Positions 33,201-46,800 of a DNA stretch of 64,000 nt are shown piece after piece. Made by a program: the position numbers and the translations under genes. Under the pieces are notes generated by a model. It saw nothing but the letters and a program-made list of their open reading frames with translations. It was not told where the DNA came from and made no database searches. Numbering within the stretch: the first letter of the stretch is position 1; every line of letters begins with the position of its first letter. The stretch covers positions 1 to 64,000 of the forward strand of contig JAQGDQ010000523.1 of the NCBI GenBank assembly GCA_030141605.1, in the 5' to 3' direction. This stretch comes from Tubiluchus corallicola (Eukaryota > Animalia > Priapulida).

Positions 33201-34311
33201 CATGAGCACTGATCTTCCTGTTCATGACGACATAATGAGGGTGCGGAGTAAATTTACACTTATTGGGAATTCCACAGTCAAACAAGTAACAGCTAGACTT
33301 GTTCTGAAAAAAAAGTTTGAATTTTCAGTGTTGCAAACTGGTGCTACCATAGCTTTCATGGATTAGACTAACCAAATATGTAACCGCAGAACAGGAATAA
33401 ACTATTTAAGGACCAAAGTGTCAGAACATTGTACAGCAATCATTGGTCAAATCAGAATTAAAAACAAAAACTAGGCAGATGGACATGAAGTGCTCCTAAC
33501 ATGTACAGTATAAAAGCTTAACAAATCATCTTTTCTCTCTTATAAAACACAAACGATGATATTAAATTAGATTATATGCTAATGAATTTAGAAGAACTCC
33601 ATTCAAGCAGCAAATTATTATTATCAAACAGGCAAGAAACCGAAGAAAGTAATAAAATGTTCATTTGCACACCAGAAATTCAACTCAGAGCCGCAGCATT
33701 TACAACAACATTTTGGAAAGAGTTAACACGAGAACAAAGTATATACGATTAGGTTTTCTGCCCCAATTTTAGTGAACCAGTTTTAATGTATGTTGCTTTT
33801 AAATAGTAATGTTAATTTTAATGTTCACACTGTTTTTTATGTGCTATGTAGGAAATAAACTAACGAATGCTTTTGGGGAGACAGTAAAAATGATCACTCT
33901 TGATTAAACTTTTCAATCATTGTCCTTAATTAAAAACCTAGAAGTCAAAAATAGTCATACTCGGTCTTCATAGACAGCAAGGTTGCACCTTTCTGTTTCG
34001 CAGCAGACCAGCATACATTCTTCAGTTGACTTTGCTGCAGGTGCAGTAAGAAACTCGGCTCCATTTTCACGGGAATCATAAGTTCGGATGATGGTATCTT
34101 CTTCTAAGGAAAATTCTGGCATGCAGTGAGTTAACTCGTAACCAGTAGCAGTTTGGTCGTCTCCGCCGTCGGCATCTACATCAGTACTCCCCCCATCATT
34201 ATATCTTTCCCTATCTTTTGATTTGTGATGTTTCGCACTGTTGACCAAACACAATGCAGTAAAGAAAGCAAACAACACGTAAATAGACCTCAAGCGCACT
34301 GCAGTAATCAT
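24232..34311 (-). CDS. LRP11: LRP11-like type I membrane protein (signal peptide, MANSC, Thr-rich stalk, LDLa, low-complexity spacer, TM; about 717 aa)
   Basis: Exons 34311-33961, 33303-33178, 32986-32782, 32613-32476, 31892-31541, 30572-30461, 29767-29662, 27672-27544, 26339-26098 and 24624-24232 (2154 nt, phases consistent). MANSC: TIIRTYDSRENGAEFL...CCETERCNLAV...CYLFDC. LDLa: CGKFQFTC...CDGVSHCDDQSDETGC. TM: GAVLALSLGLGVTFLLLVFVGCRL. The C-terminus DYLINGMYL is typical of LRP11/MANSC proteins. Confidence 0.88.
29902..30298. mobile_element. Fold-back (palindromic) MITE-like element
   Basis: Outer IR aataagccttttcaca / tgtgaaaaagcttatt. Inner IR 29947-29968 vs 30231-30252 is 21/22 complementary. 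Confidence 0.6.
30729..31273 (-). repeat. Dispersed repeat, copy 2 (uninterrupted)
   Basis: Reverse-complement match to 15990-16441 joined to 16946-17040. Confidence 0.85.
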
Positions 34312-34374
34312 TTGTTGATAATGCAGCTCAACCAGATCTTTAACAAATGCAATTAGATAAAATAAATTTAACAA

Positions 34375-34801
34375 AATATTACATATTTCCTACGAGCAGA
34401 AACAAAATACAGTAAAATACATTGGCTTTATTCGCATGCGCACAAACACTGTTCCGGCAATTTATTTAGAAAAAAATAAACCTTTCACAAATAAAATGTA
34501 GATACTTGTAATTAGTACTTTAACTTGCAACATAGCTTGTAAAACTAATCATGTTCTTAAATTACGAAATAAAGATTACGCGTTTTGGGTTAACAAATTA
34601 TTCGCTAATTTATCAAAAAATAGTCCAGAGAAGCATCCGCGTGTAGAACTGCTTCCGGTCGCTGCTGTTGTGTTGTGCTGTACGATCATACAGTGTACGT
34701 TGTGGGCAGTGAAAAGTTGAAAAGTTAATGGGAAATGTGAGAAAAGTCTGGTTCAAGGCGTGATCGTGGCAGATTTTTATTAGAACTTGAATCGTGGAAT
34801 T
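34375..34801. promoter_or_regulatory. Putative bidirectional promoter of the LRP11-like and PPP1R14 genes
   Basis: The start codons are 490 bp apart, head to head. An NRF1-like cgcatgcgca lies at 34433-34442 and an ETS-like cttccgg at 34652-34658. Confidence 0.55.
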
Positions 34802-37800
34802 ATGGAAACACAGCCTACAGGTTACACAACTACAAAAAACACTGACTTACATGTAAAGTTTCAACACAAGGAAGAAATCGTTGAAAGAAAAAAGAAATAT
34901 CTGACTGCAAAGTATGGACAACATCAAATGGCTCTGATCAGGAAAAGGTTGGCCGTAGAAACCTGGCTTTTCGATAATTTACAAGATCTATATACAAATG
35001 ACTCCGCTCAGGTGAGAACCCAATACGTGTGTTTACTGTACTAGGTGACTGCATTGTCAAAGTGATTTTCCCTGACATTGACGTTATACTTTCTTGCTTG
35101 CTTGGGAAGTCTAAGAGACCTAACCATAACACGGCTATTGACGGTCTCTCCTCAACAATTTGCGAAATAGCGGCAGATTTGATGCGTAAACTGTTTCACT
35201 ATTAAGTGAATTCCAAGGGCCCACAACACAAGAAGAGAAGAAATGAGCTCTGATATTAGTGCGAGAGTATTGTACAAATATTTTAGAATTGTGTCCACGT
35301 AAATCAAGTAGTGGTCTGCAAAAAAATTTGTCACTACGCAAAATAGAACTATCACTAGTAACAGTTAATAAGTTCTATTAGTATCACGGGGTTGTTCAAG
35401 AGAAAATTCAGAGTCAGGTTGAATATCAGAGACCAGACTAATACACCTTCGATTAGGGTTCTTTCTAAAGCATTTTTAAGAGTACCATACTGTGGTGACC
35501 AAACAACGCATCCATATTCAAGTATTGGTCTAACTACAGCTTTATAAAGAGGTACAATATCTTTTGCATTACGTGATGAAATACAGCATTTTATCATTCC
35601 AATGCTGAGAAATAATATGCTCTACATGTAATTTCCACTTCATGTTGTTTATGATTAACACACCCAAATTAACATGATGCTTATCTGCCAGCTGAGCTAA
35701 GCAAACTAGGCAATGCCGTATCTTGCAAAACAAGATAAAAAGGTTTAAGGCATAACCAACAAAATTTATAAATGAACTTAAAAATGTAAAAAAAATCATA
35801 TCTTATATAATTATACAGGAAAATTAATTAGGCAAACATTTTAATGTAGCTGCACTTGAACAGGTTCTGTGTAAGTTTATAAAAATATGAATTAGCTGCC
35901 TGTGGAAGGCTGATTTTCCAGAAACTTTTGGCTCCCTGCATTGAGCCCAATTCTATGACATGTCAGGGGAAATCTAGCTAGTCATGCTATTAACTAAAGT
36001 TTGACTCAATCACTTAATATTACTATAACACTTAGTATGAAATTTGCCAACTTTAATATAATTAGTATACATTGGCTTGACATAGGATTTCTAAGTTGTG
36101 TTCCTAGTGTGATACTATTCACCTGTCTAATCTTCCATGCAGATTCTTGATGTACATTAGAAAAGAAACAAAAAAGCATGTTTGTTTTCCCGAGACAGTA
36201 TGCTTTAGTTAATTGATTCGCCTTGGTACAAGTGTTAAGTGAATTTATTAAGCAGCTAGATTTATAAATTGAAAGGAGTATTGGTAGGTTCATCATCCAC
36301 TGATTTCCTGTTATTGCCTGTTACCGAATCAGCTTTTTTAACGACGTTATAAATGTCGAGGTAGTGCATACCATTCACCACAAGTGTAATCAATTTGACT
36401 GGCTGAGCCAATTGCTGGTGCAATTAGGAACACAGTGAAAACTGTGTGTAGTGATAATTTGTAGTAGGCCTATTTAAATCTACAGTATAATAATAATACT
36501 GTAATCATATATACCAATCTTAATCGTCTGTAAATGCATCATTTACGTAATTTGCTGGCAGCTAGATAGAAATGTTTAATGCATCCGGTAACCTGTTTGT
36601 TTAACTTGCATTATACAGGTGTAACTTTAATAGTGTCAAACACTGCTGTTACCTCATTCTATATGCTTATGATATGCTGTGTAATGCCTCTATTTATAAG
36701 ACCTGGAGCAAAGTACACCCTTGCTTTTATTTATAGTCTGCCAGGTTATTAACACTTGCCCTAAGTTTCTTATAAAATGTAATATGTCGGGCAAAGTTTT
36801 TTTTAAATTACAAACAAAACAGCAAACTTGATTGACATTAAACCAAATACTAGATTATTTTGTATTTGTCTGTTTCTGCAGCAGCACTCAGCATCCAAGA
36901 TATCTGCCTGATATTAACAATTATCCTCATGTTCACTTTTACTGCAACTGCACGCTTTGTACAGCATGCTTTAACATAAGTCATCTAATAATTTCAGATA
37001 ATTAATTTGATAGTCATTACTTAGGGTTGGATTAGCTGACTCTTGGACTTTGGAAATCTAATTAGTAACATAGCTTCTAGCAAAACAAAGTAATCAAAAA
37101 TGTTTACTTGTTTTTAATTAAGGCCCAAGAACTCTTGTTTCTGAGCTCACGGTAAGTGTGCTATACACATCTGTAGTCTCCTAGTGCTGTGTTGTTCTGT
37201 TCTTTTGCCACTTTGCTGCCTTAAGTCCTGCATTATATTTTATCTAAAATGCATTGTTTGTGAATGTGCTTGCCTGCCAAAGCATTATTTGTGGCCTTAC
37301 ATCGTGAATATACTTTCACAAAATACAGATTGAAGATTTTGTGACCATAAACATGGGTATGTTCACAACATAAGTGCTATTCGAAGTAAGTTTATGTTAC
37401 TCATTTAATACTGACGCAAGCTGACTATGCTACTGTGATAACTGGTTAATTTTCCTGGCATTTGATTTGACTCAAGGGCAGCGTAATTAGTTTATTTAAT
37501 GGCTAGATAAAAACCTGTTCAGCTGCATTGTCAGTCAGCAAGAAAGAGTTAAACAACGTTTCAGTGGTTTGCGAGATGAGAAGATTATAACCAGTAGTTT
37601 GTAAACTTGTAATTATTTATGACTAAAATCAAATTTTAACTTTTACCTTCTATACTTGCAATTGCATTTAATTTAACTATTTACCTCTATAGATGTAATT
37701 AACTAGATTGAGTGGTCCACTTGTATATTTGATTTTAGAAACATATTTTTCTAAAACATAACAATAACAATGAAATACGCTGATATTTTTATTCTGCAGA

Positions 37801-40800
37801 TTATACATATTTTGGTGTTAGTAATAAATACACAGTTAAAGGCCTGTAAATACCACACTTGCAGAAAACTTGACGCTGTTTTGGTCAGTTACTCGGACTG
37901 CTGATCTGGGCAGCATCAGCATCCGGTTATTAGATTTAGATTATATCCAGTTGCAATCTGTCGAAATAGATCTGTACTGAGGAAATTGCAAACACTTGTT
38001 AAATGCAGTGTATAGATCACTTTAGTTTAACATTATAAAAATAATATTTGTCTGGTCCAAAACTTCAGATTGAAATCCTAGATAAAAACAAGTAACTTTC
38101 AATGCACGAAAAAGAAATTGCCAAATGCTTACAGCCTAATTTTTTGTCTTGTTTATGTTTGAATTTTGAAACTTGTGAATGCTCATTCCATTTGATGGTA
38201 CCTTTGGTTATACACTTGTTTAATCTTAGTAACCAAGTTTGTTATCATCGTTGTCATCATCATCGTCATCATCACCACAGTCAGCACACCTTACAACAGC
38301 AACCCCACGATATGGGTGACCATAGTATCCGCCATAGTTACCATATCCTCTCAAACCACCATAGCCGGTACCATATCCGGCCCCGTATCCAGCGCCATAT
38401 CCAGCGCCATGTCCCAAACCACCATATCTGTATCCTAAACCACCAAGTCTGGCACCAACAACTCTAGCAGCACCAGCATCGATGACTGCACCTGCACCTG
38501 CACCAGCATCGATGACTGCACCTGCACCAGCACCGATGAATGCATCTGCGCCACCATCTACGGCAACACCATTACCGACTGGAGTTTCAACAGTAGCTGG
38601 ACCAGGGGCCACTGCTGCTGGTTGTATGCTGACAGCTTGGATTCCACTGTATCCAACTGGTCTGGCAAAACTGTAAGCAGCTCCAGCAGATCCTGCTCCT
38701 TGACTGATGGCAGTTTGGGTGAAGCTGGCTTGGGCTTCCTGTTGTGCAGTTCTGTCTGCTTGACGAGCAGATGCAGCAACACCTGAACCAGAGGCAGCAC
38801 GATCAGCAGAAGCAGCTTGCCATTGGCGTGCGAATCCTGCACCCCACTGACGACCGATGACAGCACTTTCTCTCGCTGGAGCACTGCCAGCTGGTGCTTG
38901 AGCTGCAGCTTTTGCTTTAGCTCCGGCAAAGTTAAAGTTGCCATTTCCAACAAATTCGTTGCTGCCTTCAAAAGAATTTTGAAGACCGATGTTAGGTCCA
39001 TGGCTAGTGTAAGTACCGAATCCTACATTACCAACAGCTCCACGTGCAGCAAAAACGCGTCCATCATGAATTGCAGCTCCATATCTGAGGTATGGGCGAC
39101 CAACATGGCCATACCCCAAACGGTGTCCATAGCCTAAGCGCCCGCCCAGACCATAATAACCAAGTCCACGGTGTCCGAGGTGACCACGATATCCAAGTCC
39201 ACGTCCATAACCGTATCTGCCATATCCAAGACCACGTCCGTAACCATATCCAAGACCACGTCCGTAACCATATCCGAGACCACGTCCGTAACCATATCCA
39301 AGACCACGTCCGTAACCATATCCGAGACCACGTCCATAACCACCATATCCCAGACCATGGCCATATCCTAAACCACGGTGTCCGCCATAAGAACCACCAT
39401 AGCTAAGAAACATTTTAATAGCAAGTTTAGATTACTTATAATTATACAACTTAAGGTATGTTTATAACTGTCTGTGATAATTACATAGGAGTAAGTATAT
39501 AATGCTACATTTTGTTAACAACGTAGTACTCAAAAATGTTCAGTACAAGTTATTCTCTATCTACATGCTTCATTAAGTTTTTAATTAAGAAATTTAGTAA
39601 CATTATAATACCAAGCCAAGGTAATTACATAACCTATGGAACACTTATTTCTGCCATAAATAATTGTGTCACCTCATGTTTTACTAACAACATAGTAAAA
39701 ATAAGACTTTAAACGTGGTTTTCGCAACATTTTTCGATATTCGTCATTAAATTTCGCTGATTTCAAGCTTACAGCGGTGCTTAATTTTTGGTTTGATTTA
39801 AGTCTTAAATCAGAAAAGCATTTAACAGTACTGTGCTAGAAATTGGAAAACTGTATAGAAGCACTGCATTGAGCTCTGAGGTATAGCATTTATAAAACAC
39901 AATAAACAGATACTCACCCATCTCCATATACATTGCGAAGATACGCACTTCCGCCAAAAACACTAGCAGCCTGTGTGAATAAGAAACAAAGGTAATCAGG
40001 GGAACTTAGAAAGAGCATTTACAATTGTATATTCAACATTGCATAAACACTACAAAAAGGAGCAACAAAAAACATTAACCAGAAATGCAGATCAGGTTTT
40101 GGTTAATTTGTACCTGGGTTTGTAAACACAAAACCAGGTTTAAAGCAGAAGAAAGCCTTTGACTTACATCAAGCTTAAAAAATTCGTCTTGAAATTTTAT
40201 GCCACTTACGTACTGCCTTTTTGCATGCAGGACTTGCATTGGCAGTAACGCTATATAAAACGTAAATTTAAACTCCAGCGATAACCGTTAGATGCAGCCA
40301 TTTTGATGATAAGTCATTTGAAAGAAGTTTAGATAACGCTGAGTAAAGTTTGAAAAAATAATTCGTAGCGCACAACTAAGTAAAATTTTAAATTACTACA
40401 TCTTGTCAATAAGATTAAAATACGTTTTTGGTTAGTGAGCGGTGCACCCTGGAGGGTGAGTCAGCGACATTTTACCAATTGGTGAAAGCATTTTAAATAA
40501 TTAATTTAATAATTTTCTTTTTTAGTTACATAAGTCTTTCAAGCAGGAAAGCGAAATGCTAGGTAACATCATTTTTGGGACATAGTTAAACGTTTCCTTT
40601 TCTTCGCCTGATTTACGTTGTGCGTATATGACGTCATGTAATTGCGCGGTCGGTACAATGTCGCGGGAAGCTTAAAATGAAAACAAACAAAAAATCATTT
40701 CAACGCGAGTACGATGTGCGCATAAAATTGCTATAAAGTAATGTAATTTTTCGAGGCGATTTTTCTGAAACCTACTTCAGGTCCCCCTTCTACTTGTCCT

Positions 40801-43800
40801 TCACATAATGGCATTAGGCAATTATTAGAATTTGCAGATCAAGCTCAGGTTGTGACTCTATATAGTTTTCTACAACGGTTTTTAAAAGAGAAACCAATGT
40901 TAGAACACACTGTTCATGTGGTTTTTAAGGTCAAGTAACTAGAAATACACTTACACAGCCCAGCAGTAGAAGAGTGACCAAAGAATTCATGATGACCTGT
41001 AAGTTAAAATATAAGCGCTGTTTACAAATACAATCACTGAATTATTTCATGGAATCAAAAACAATGTACGATTCCCCCATTGGTTAGCAAGAGACCATGA
41101 TATGTAAAAAAGCTAGCAAATTCTTTACTTCGCAAACAACTTGTTAGATATGAAGTTAACTTAAATAACAAGAATATTTCTTACTTTTCATTGTACGTAC
41201 TATATGAGATTTGCTATGATACGGTAGGAAACAAAAAACGTATGATGCCATTCTCAAAGTCTCAACACTTTTTTTTCGATTCATAATTAGAAAATAAATT
41301 ATAATTAATTGATTTCTGCCATTTCTTCAGTTAAAGTTAGAAAAAATAATATTATAAAAAATTATGCGTTTGCAATTCGATTTAGAAAAGTTGGTATTTT
41401 GCAGACAGTTAATTTTAAACATAAAAATGGGATTAAGCATGCAAAGAGAATACTGTTATTTTAATTTTTAAAAACATTTATTGTGTTTTAATTTCATTTG
41501 ATTATTTTAATACCTGCGAAGAGTTTCTCACAAATTTTAAAGACTCGTTTAATAATGAGTGTATCTTGTTTTTTTCAATGATTTTTGTTGAAATTTGAGT
41601 TTAAAGCTAATTACGTGCAAGTAGAAAACTTACCTGTAAACGATTAGCTCCCGGACCGCAACAGCTAAAGTAATCTGCAAGTGCTGACGATTGCTCCCCG
41701 CCCTGGCTGTTTTATACCTACCGTCCTCCGCAACGACCTAGTTGTTCGATGTTCTTTTTTGTGAAAAGTAGATAATTTTTACGTTTGTCATTTGTCAGCT
41801 GGGTCGCAGTTTGTCATCTTGACGACGCTGCGTCCTTGGCGAATTGAATGAAAACGTGTCCGACTGCATGGCCTACCTTGCCCCAAGTAGGTGTTCTTTC
41901 TCTTGTTTGGTATGGTCGAATAACGTGATCTCCTGAACTTTTTGCGTATGTCACAGAAGAGAATAGCACCTAATATGCAAATGTCCCATAAATGTGTTGG
42001 GTTAAAGAAAGTAACTTATATTTTTATGCTTGAAATTGTCAAAGGTCGAGCATTGTCATGTTTGCAAGCACCGATTCCTGCCAAATTTATAGCAAATATT
42101 CGAATCTGACTCTCGTAGTACCTGTCCATTTTAAAAGTTTTTTTCATTTTTGAGATTACAATAGCAATGAATCTAGAATACAATTTCCAGTATACCCTTC
42201 CCCTTATGGAAGCTTAGACAATGCCTTGCTTTGGTACGAAGTAAATTGGCTTTTTGCAAATAAAATTGTTTAACAGCTCCCACGCCACTAAAGTCAACCT
42301 TGAGAGTTCTTAACCTTTGTGGAAATTACACTATGTGCTTCTTCAAAGCATCTCCTTGAACGTTAAACGCTAATAAATCAGTCTAACTCTGCGAGCTAAT
42401 GAGAAGAAATTTTCTTTTTTAGCGGTGAAAGGTGCTGCTGGCTTATTTCACGAATCTGCCTATTTTAATTCTCTGGCGACAGATCTCAATCACAAAACGT
42501 ATTTTTATTAAACTTATTCACATACAGTTTTTTGTACAACAGAAATTTGTGAGAAATATATGTATTTACATTTATGTGTATAAAATTTTTATTTTTTGAG
42601 CTTGGAAATTAAAAAGAAATAGTGAAATAACGCAGTAGGATTTTTAACACCAGTATCATTCTCTAGCACAAATTATTAATCACTTTCAAATTTCAATAAA
42701 CTTTATGTCATCAGTTTTACTTTTGTATTATAAATTTGCATTATTTTGTTTGATTTTTGTACATTTTGCTAGTTTCCTAGCTAGAATACGTCCATACGCT
42801 TCTAATTTTACGCGCCTATACACGTAATTGAAACCCTATTTTTCTAGTATTTTTGAACTGACTATGTAATAAATAATAAGCGTCCTGTTTCCTTAGTCTT
42901 GTTTGGAAGTAATGAACTTAATTTCAACTCTCTGTTTGAAAGATCATATTAGAGCATAATTGCCGCTCTGAAACTGGTTATTACCCAATTTTCGTTTATT
43001 GTACCAGTAGTTTCGATACTGTAACATTTGCAAGAACGTGAAATGTGCCGTAATGATCGTGTAATAGCTCAATTTAAAAATGTCGATGCACTGCGTAGTG
43101 TACACGGTCTATTGATTTAGTGATCAGCTTTAAAATAGTATTTGTTTGTTTCATGGACACCTTCTTTTTTAAATATAGAACTGTTGTATCATAAAGTTTA
43201 ACGCACAACTGACGCCTTTGTTTGAAAAGTATTTACTGAGAGCCTTTGTTTGCAATTTTAAACTGCAGGCGTTGTATTGATCAGAAAACAAAAAGAGGCA
43301 TAATATTTACAGGAGTCAGTGTTTTGGCATCAAGTTGAAGTTAATTTGAATTTAGTAAAGTGAAACAGAAAACAAAAAGAGGCATAATATTTACAGGAGT
43401 CAGTGTTTTGGCATCAAGTTGAAGTTAATTTGAATTTAGTAAAGTGAAACATTACATGAAGTGAACAAATATTCACATTCAATTTTACAATCATTGGAAA
43501 AACATAGAAGTTCGCGAACTCATTCAAAAAAGCATAATATTGTAAAAATAGATACAGATGAACGTTGAACTTGAGTATTTTAGCGTGTAGCACTCATCAC
43601 ACATTTCTGTCATTGTACTATTGAAATATTCCTACTAGATTAATATCGATCTTCGTGTGATTCTTACTTCTTAGAGCTTTATTTCAGTAAAATACACATA
43701 ATTTACGTGCTTCGCTGTGGAATACTGATATCACAGATACAATATTTGATTCTCATGTCTTTTAGCTTTAATGCTTGTATCTTTTATAATATTTGATTTT

Positions 43801-46800
43801 TTAAGTCTTATAGCTTTATGTTTTGTATCTTTTCTCTGAATTAATGTCTTATAAATAATGTTTCTTGATTCGATTTGCAACAGCGTCATTCCATGTATAC
43901 TGAAAAAACGGTGACTGGTAATAAAGTCATCGAAAAGAAATCACAATTTTAGCTACGAAAAAAGTCACAGGGAAAAGCACAATTAATTTGTGGTGGCCGG
44001 AAAAGCCAAAATGTTGGCTAGGAAGGAAAGTCTGGTAATGAAACAAAAAAAATATTCAAGTCATTTAAGTGCCATAAACAATTAAAGTAATAAATGTATT
44101 GCCTAATATGTAATATTAGGCCTTTACCTAATTGTAATAAAACAGAAAATATTTTAAATCAGTTTTTCACAGGCAATACGTAACTTGTAGATATTGACAG
44201 CACTATTTATATATGGTGGCATTACATACATGTAAAAAGTCACATTTTGTTAAGTATCTTAAGGTTAGGATTATTTCTTGTTCCTGTGATTTTTTTAAGG
44301 TTGACTTTTTTACTTGGATTCGAAAAAACATTCCTGATTTTCCAATTTGAAGTTTAGAACAATTCATGTGTTTTGTCTAGGAAATTAAAAATCTAAAAAC
44401 GCGAAGAGTCATAACGGGAGACAAAGAAATCTGCAGCGCATTATGTACTGCGGAAGATTTTTATAAACGTAATTTTTGGAGGCTCATTAAATTAAATTGT
44501 CTGTGTTAGCATTTTCCCATGAGAACATTTCAAACACTCGTTCTTGCCTCTGTTATTAATTTCCATTCAATCTTCTAGTGAAAACACTTTAATTTCGCCC
44601 TCCCTTCAAATGCTAAACATTGTGCGTTACGTAAATGAGAAAATGACTGAGAAGAGATAAGCAACCTTGCCTGAACATGCGACTTAAATATTTCTTAGAG
44701 CTCATTACTGGGCGCTTGTCAAGTTTTTGCGTCGAGTTTCGTCGTCCTTGAAATCATTTTCGGCAGCTGTTGGCAAAGTTAAAAAGCTAAGAAAGAAAGA
44801 AACGTTGCAGAGCTAGTGGGAAAGGATTACCAAACAGTGCCTGGGAAAGGGTTCACCATTAAATCTCAACTGTGGCTGCATGTAAATAGGATAATGACCG
44901 AAGAATATAACGCAAGAAGAAAAAATATTATCTGTTTGATGTACCAGTCATCAGTTGATTGCATTTATCTGTTTATTTACACTTTTGTTATTACCTTTGC
45001 CAAGACGGTTATATTTTCATCGCCTATGATTTATTAATTAGTTGGCAAAATTATCCAAAAACTACTTTACCGATTATCGTGAAACGTTCTGAGGTGAGGT
45101 ATAAAGAATATCGCTTTCAATTTTGACAATTACTGACAAGAATTACGAAATAAAATCAATTTTTATTGATAAACTGTTGGCTTATATGCCTAACGTCGTA
45201 ATAAGCCACTGTAGAGAAATATCAGATGACGTCAAAACAGTGTACAATGTGTGACGTCGTAACAATTGTGTACAATGTGTGACGTCGTTACCTAAGCGGC
45301 ACACTGTTGTGTAGTTTTACTAGTTTAGTAATAATTATAGTCCACAAGTTTTGGCGGATGTCTGAACTCTGTTGAGTGACATTCCAGTGTATTTAGCGAA
45401 TTAGCAACGATGACAGTAAAACCTGAACATTTGTAATAAAAAAGCTCTAAACAAAGAATAGCATTAAAAATTTCCCAGTAAGTTAATAAAAAAAAATTAA
45501 AAGTGAACAGTTAGAGTGGAAGAGGTGTGCGTGGTGCTGTTGAGCTTTGGTCCTCTTGCCCTCAAGCAGTAATGGGAAAGCTTTGTTTGACAGGAAGTGC
45601 TGTTGATAGGAAAATCATTGTTGGGTTATTGATGAGCAACTCCCGTGCATCTTGTTCTGTGATCTGTTGCAGCTGTTGGGTTGGAAAAACTCAACTTGCA
45701 GGCTTGGTTACAGGATTTTTGCCTATTCCAGATGTAGAAATGAACACATGCCATACTTTAACACTATTAAACCCACAATAACAATAATTATTTGATTAGT
45801 GTTAGAACTATTTGATTATTTTTCACAGTGATTGTGACTATTAAATTTTATTCTCATCTTACCATGCATTTTTCAAATGTAATAATTTTGGTATCTCGTT
45901 CAAATAAACGTTCATTATTACCGAATGACGTAAATATTAAAACTGCGTTGATGTGACGTGACGTGTGTAACTCCACTAAAACGGATCTGATTAACTCTGC
46001 TGATATTAGCAACTTTACAGATCCCAAATCCATATGGCCTTAGCTCCATATATAAACAATTGCCTAACATTATATACAGTAACCCCTGCAATTTCTTCAG
46101 TCACCTGAGTTAACGAGTTAAGCTGATTTGCTCATACATGTATCATATTTTAAATCTAAATACATTTTTGTGCTACAAAGTTTTGTCAGTAGTTTGTCTT
46201 GTTCCATTATCAGTATGTCTGACTCTTGAATTTCAGTACCAATCGTTAGCATTAAGTATTGTAATGTTTCTTACAATGAATTATAAAAAAATAAAACTAA
46301 TTTTCCAAGAACCTGTCTTTCAACAAAGCGATTTGTACCATTGACATTATTTGGACAATAATCTGGATTGATGTTCTTTTAAGAAAGGGTATCTGTGAGG
46401 GCAATATTAGTTGGGGTGTCAAATGAAGAGTGCCTGTGCTTAGTTACCATACAAAAAGTGCAGAGCCTACTTCTTGACTGTTTATTTAGTCAATTTAACT
46501 AAAATATCTGAAAGCATAATGCCTGCAGAAAGTAATACTGTATTATTTAATATTTGTAAAGGTGCATTCCTAAACCACTCTTTACAAAGTTCTGTAAACT
46601 TTGTTGAATAGATAATAATCCACCTGGTATAAAATTATAAATTTATGAGTTATATCTCCCTTGCAGGACTCTTCGAGTGGGGACGATATAGAGATAGATT
46701 TGGACAATTTATTAGATTTAGATACAGACTCGGAACGACGGCAGTTTGTAGAGGTATGTCACTATATCAAGTTGCATGAAGTTGAAATCTTGATATTTAC

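Noticed and set aside
39241-39336. CRISPR-like regular repeats
   Set aside because: Contiguous 24-bp coding units without spacers, in eukaryotic DNA.
38102-39406. Plus-strand His-rich and repeat ORFs overlapping the nested gene
   Set aside because: Antisense readings of the GYG repeats. Only the minus frame has splice sites, a signal peptide and a promoter.
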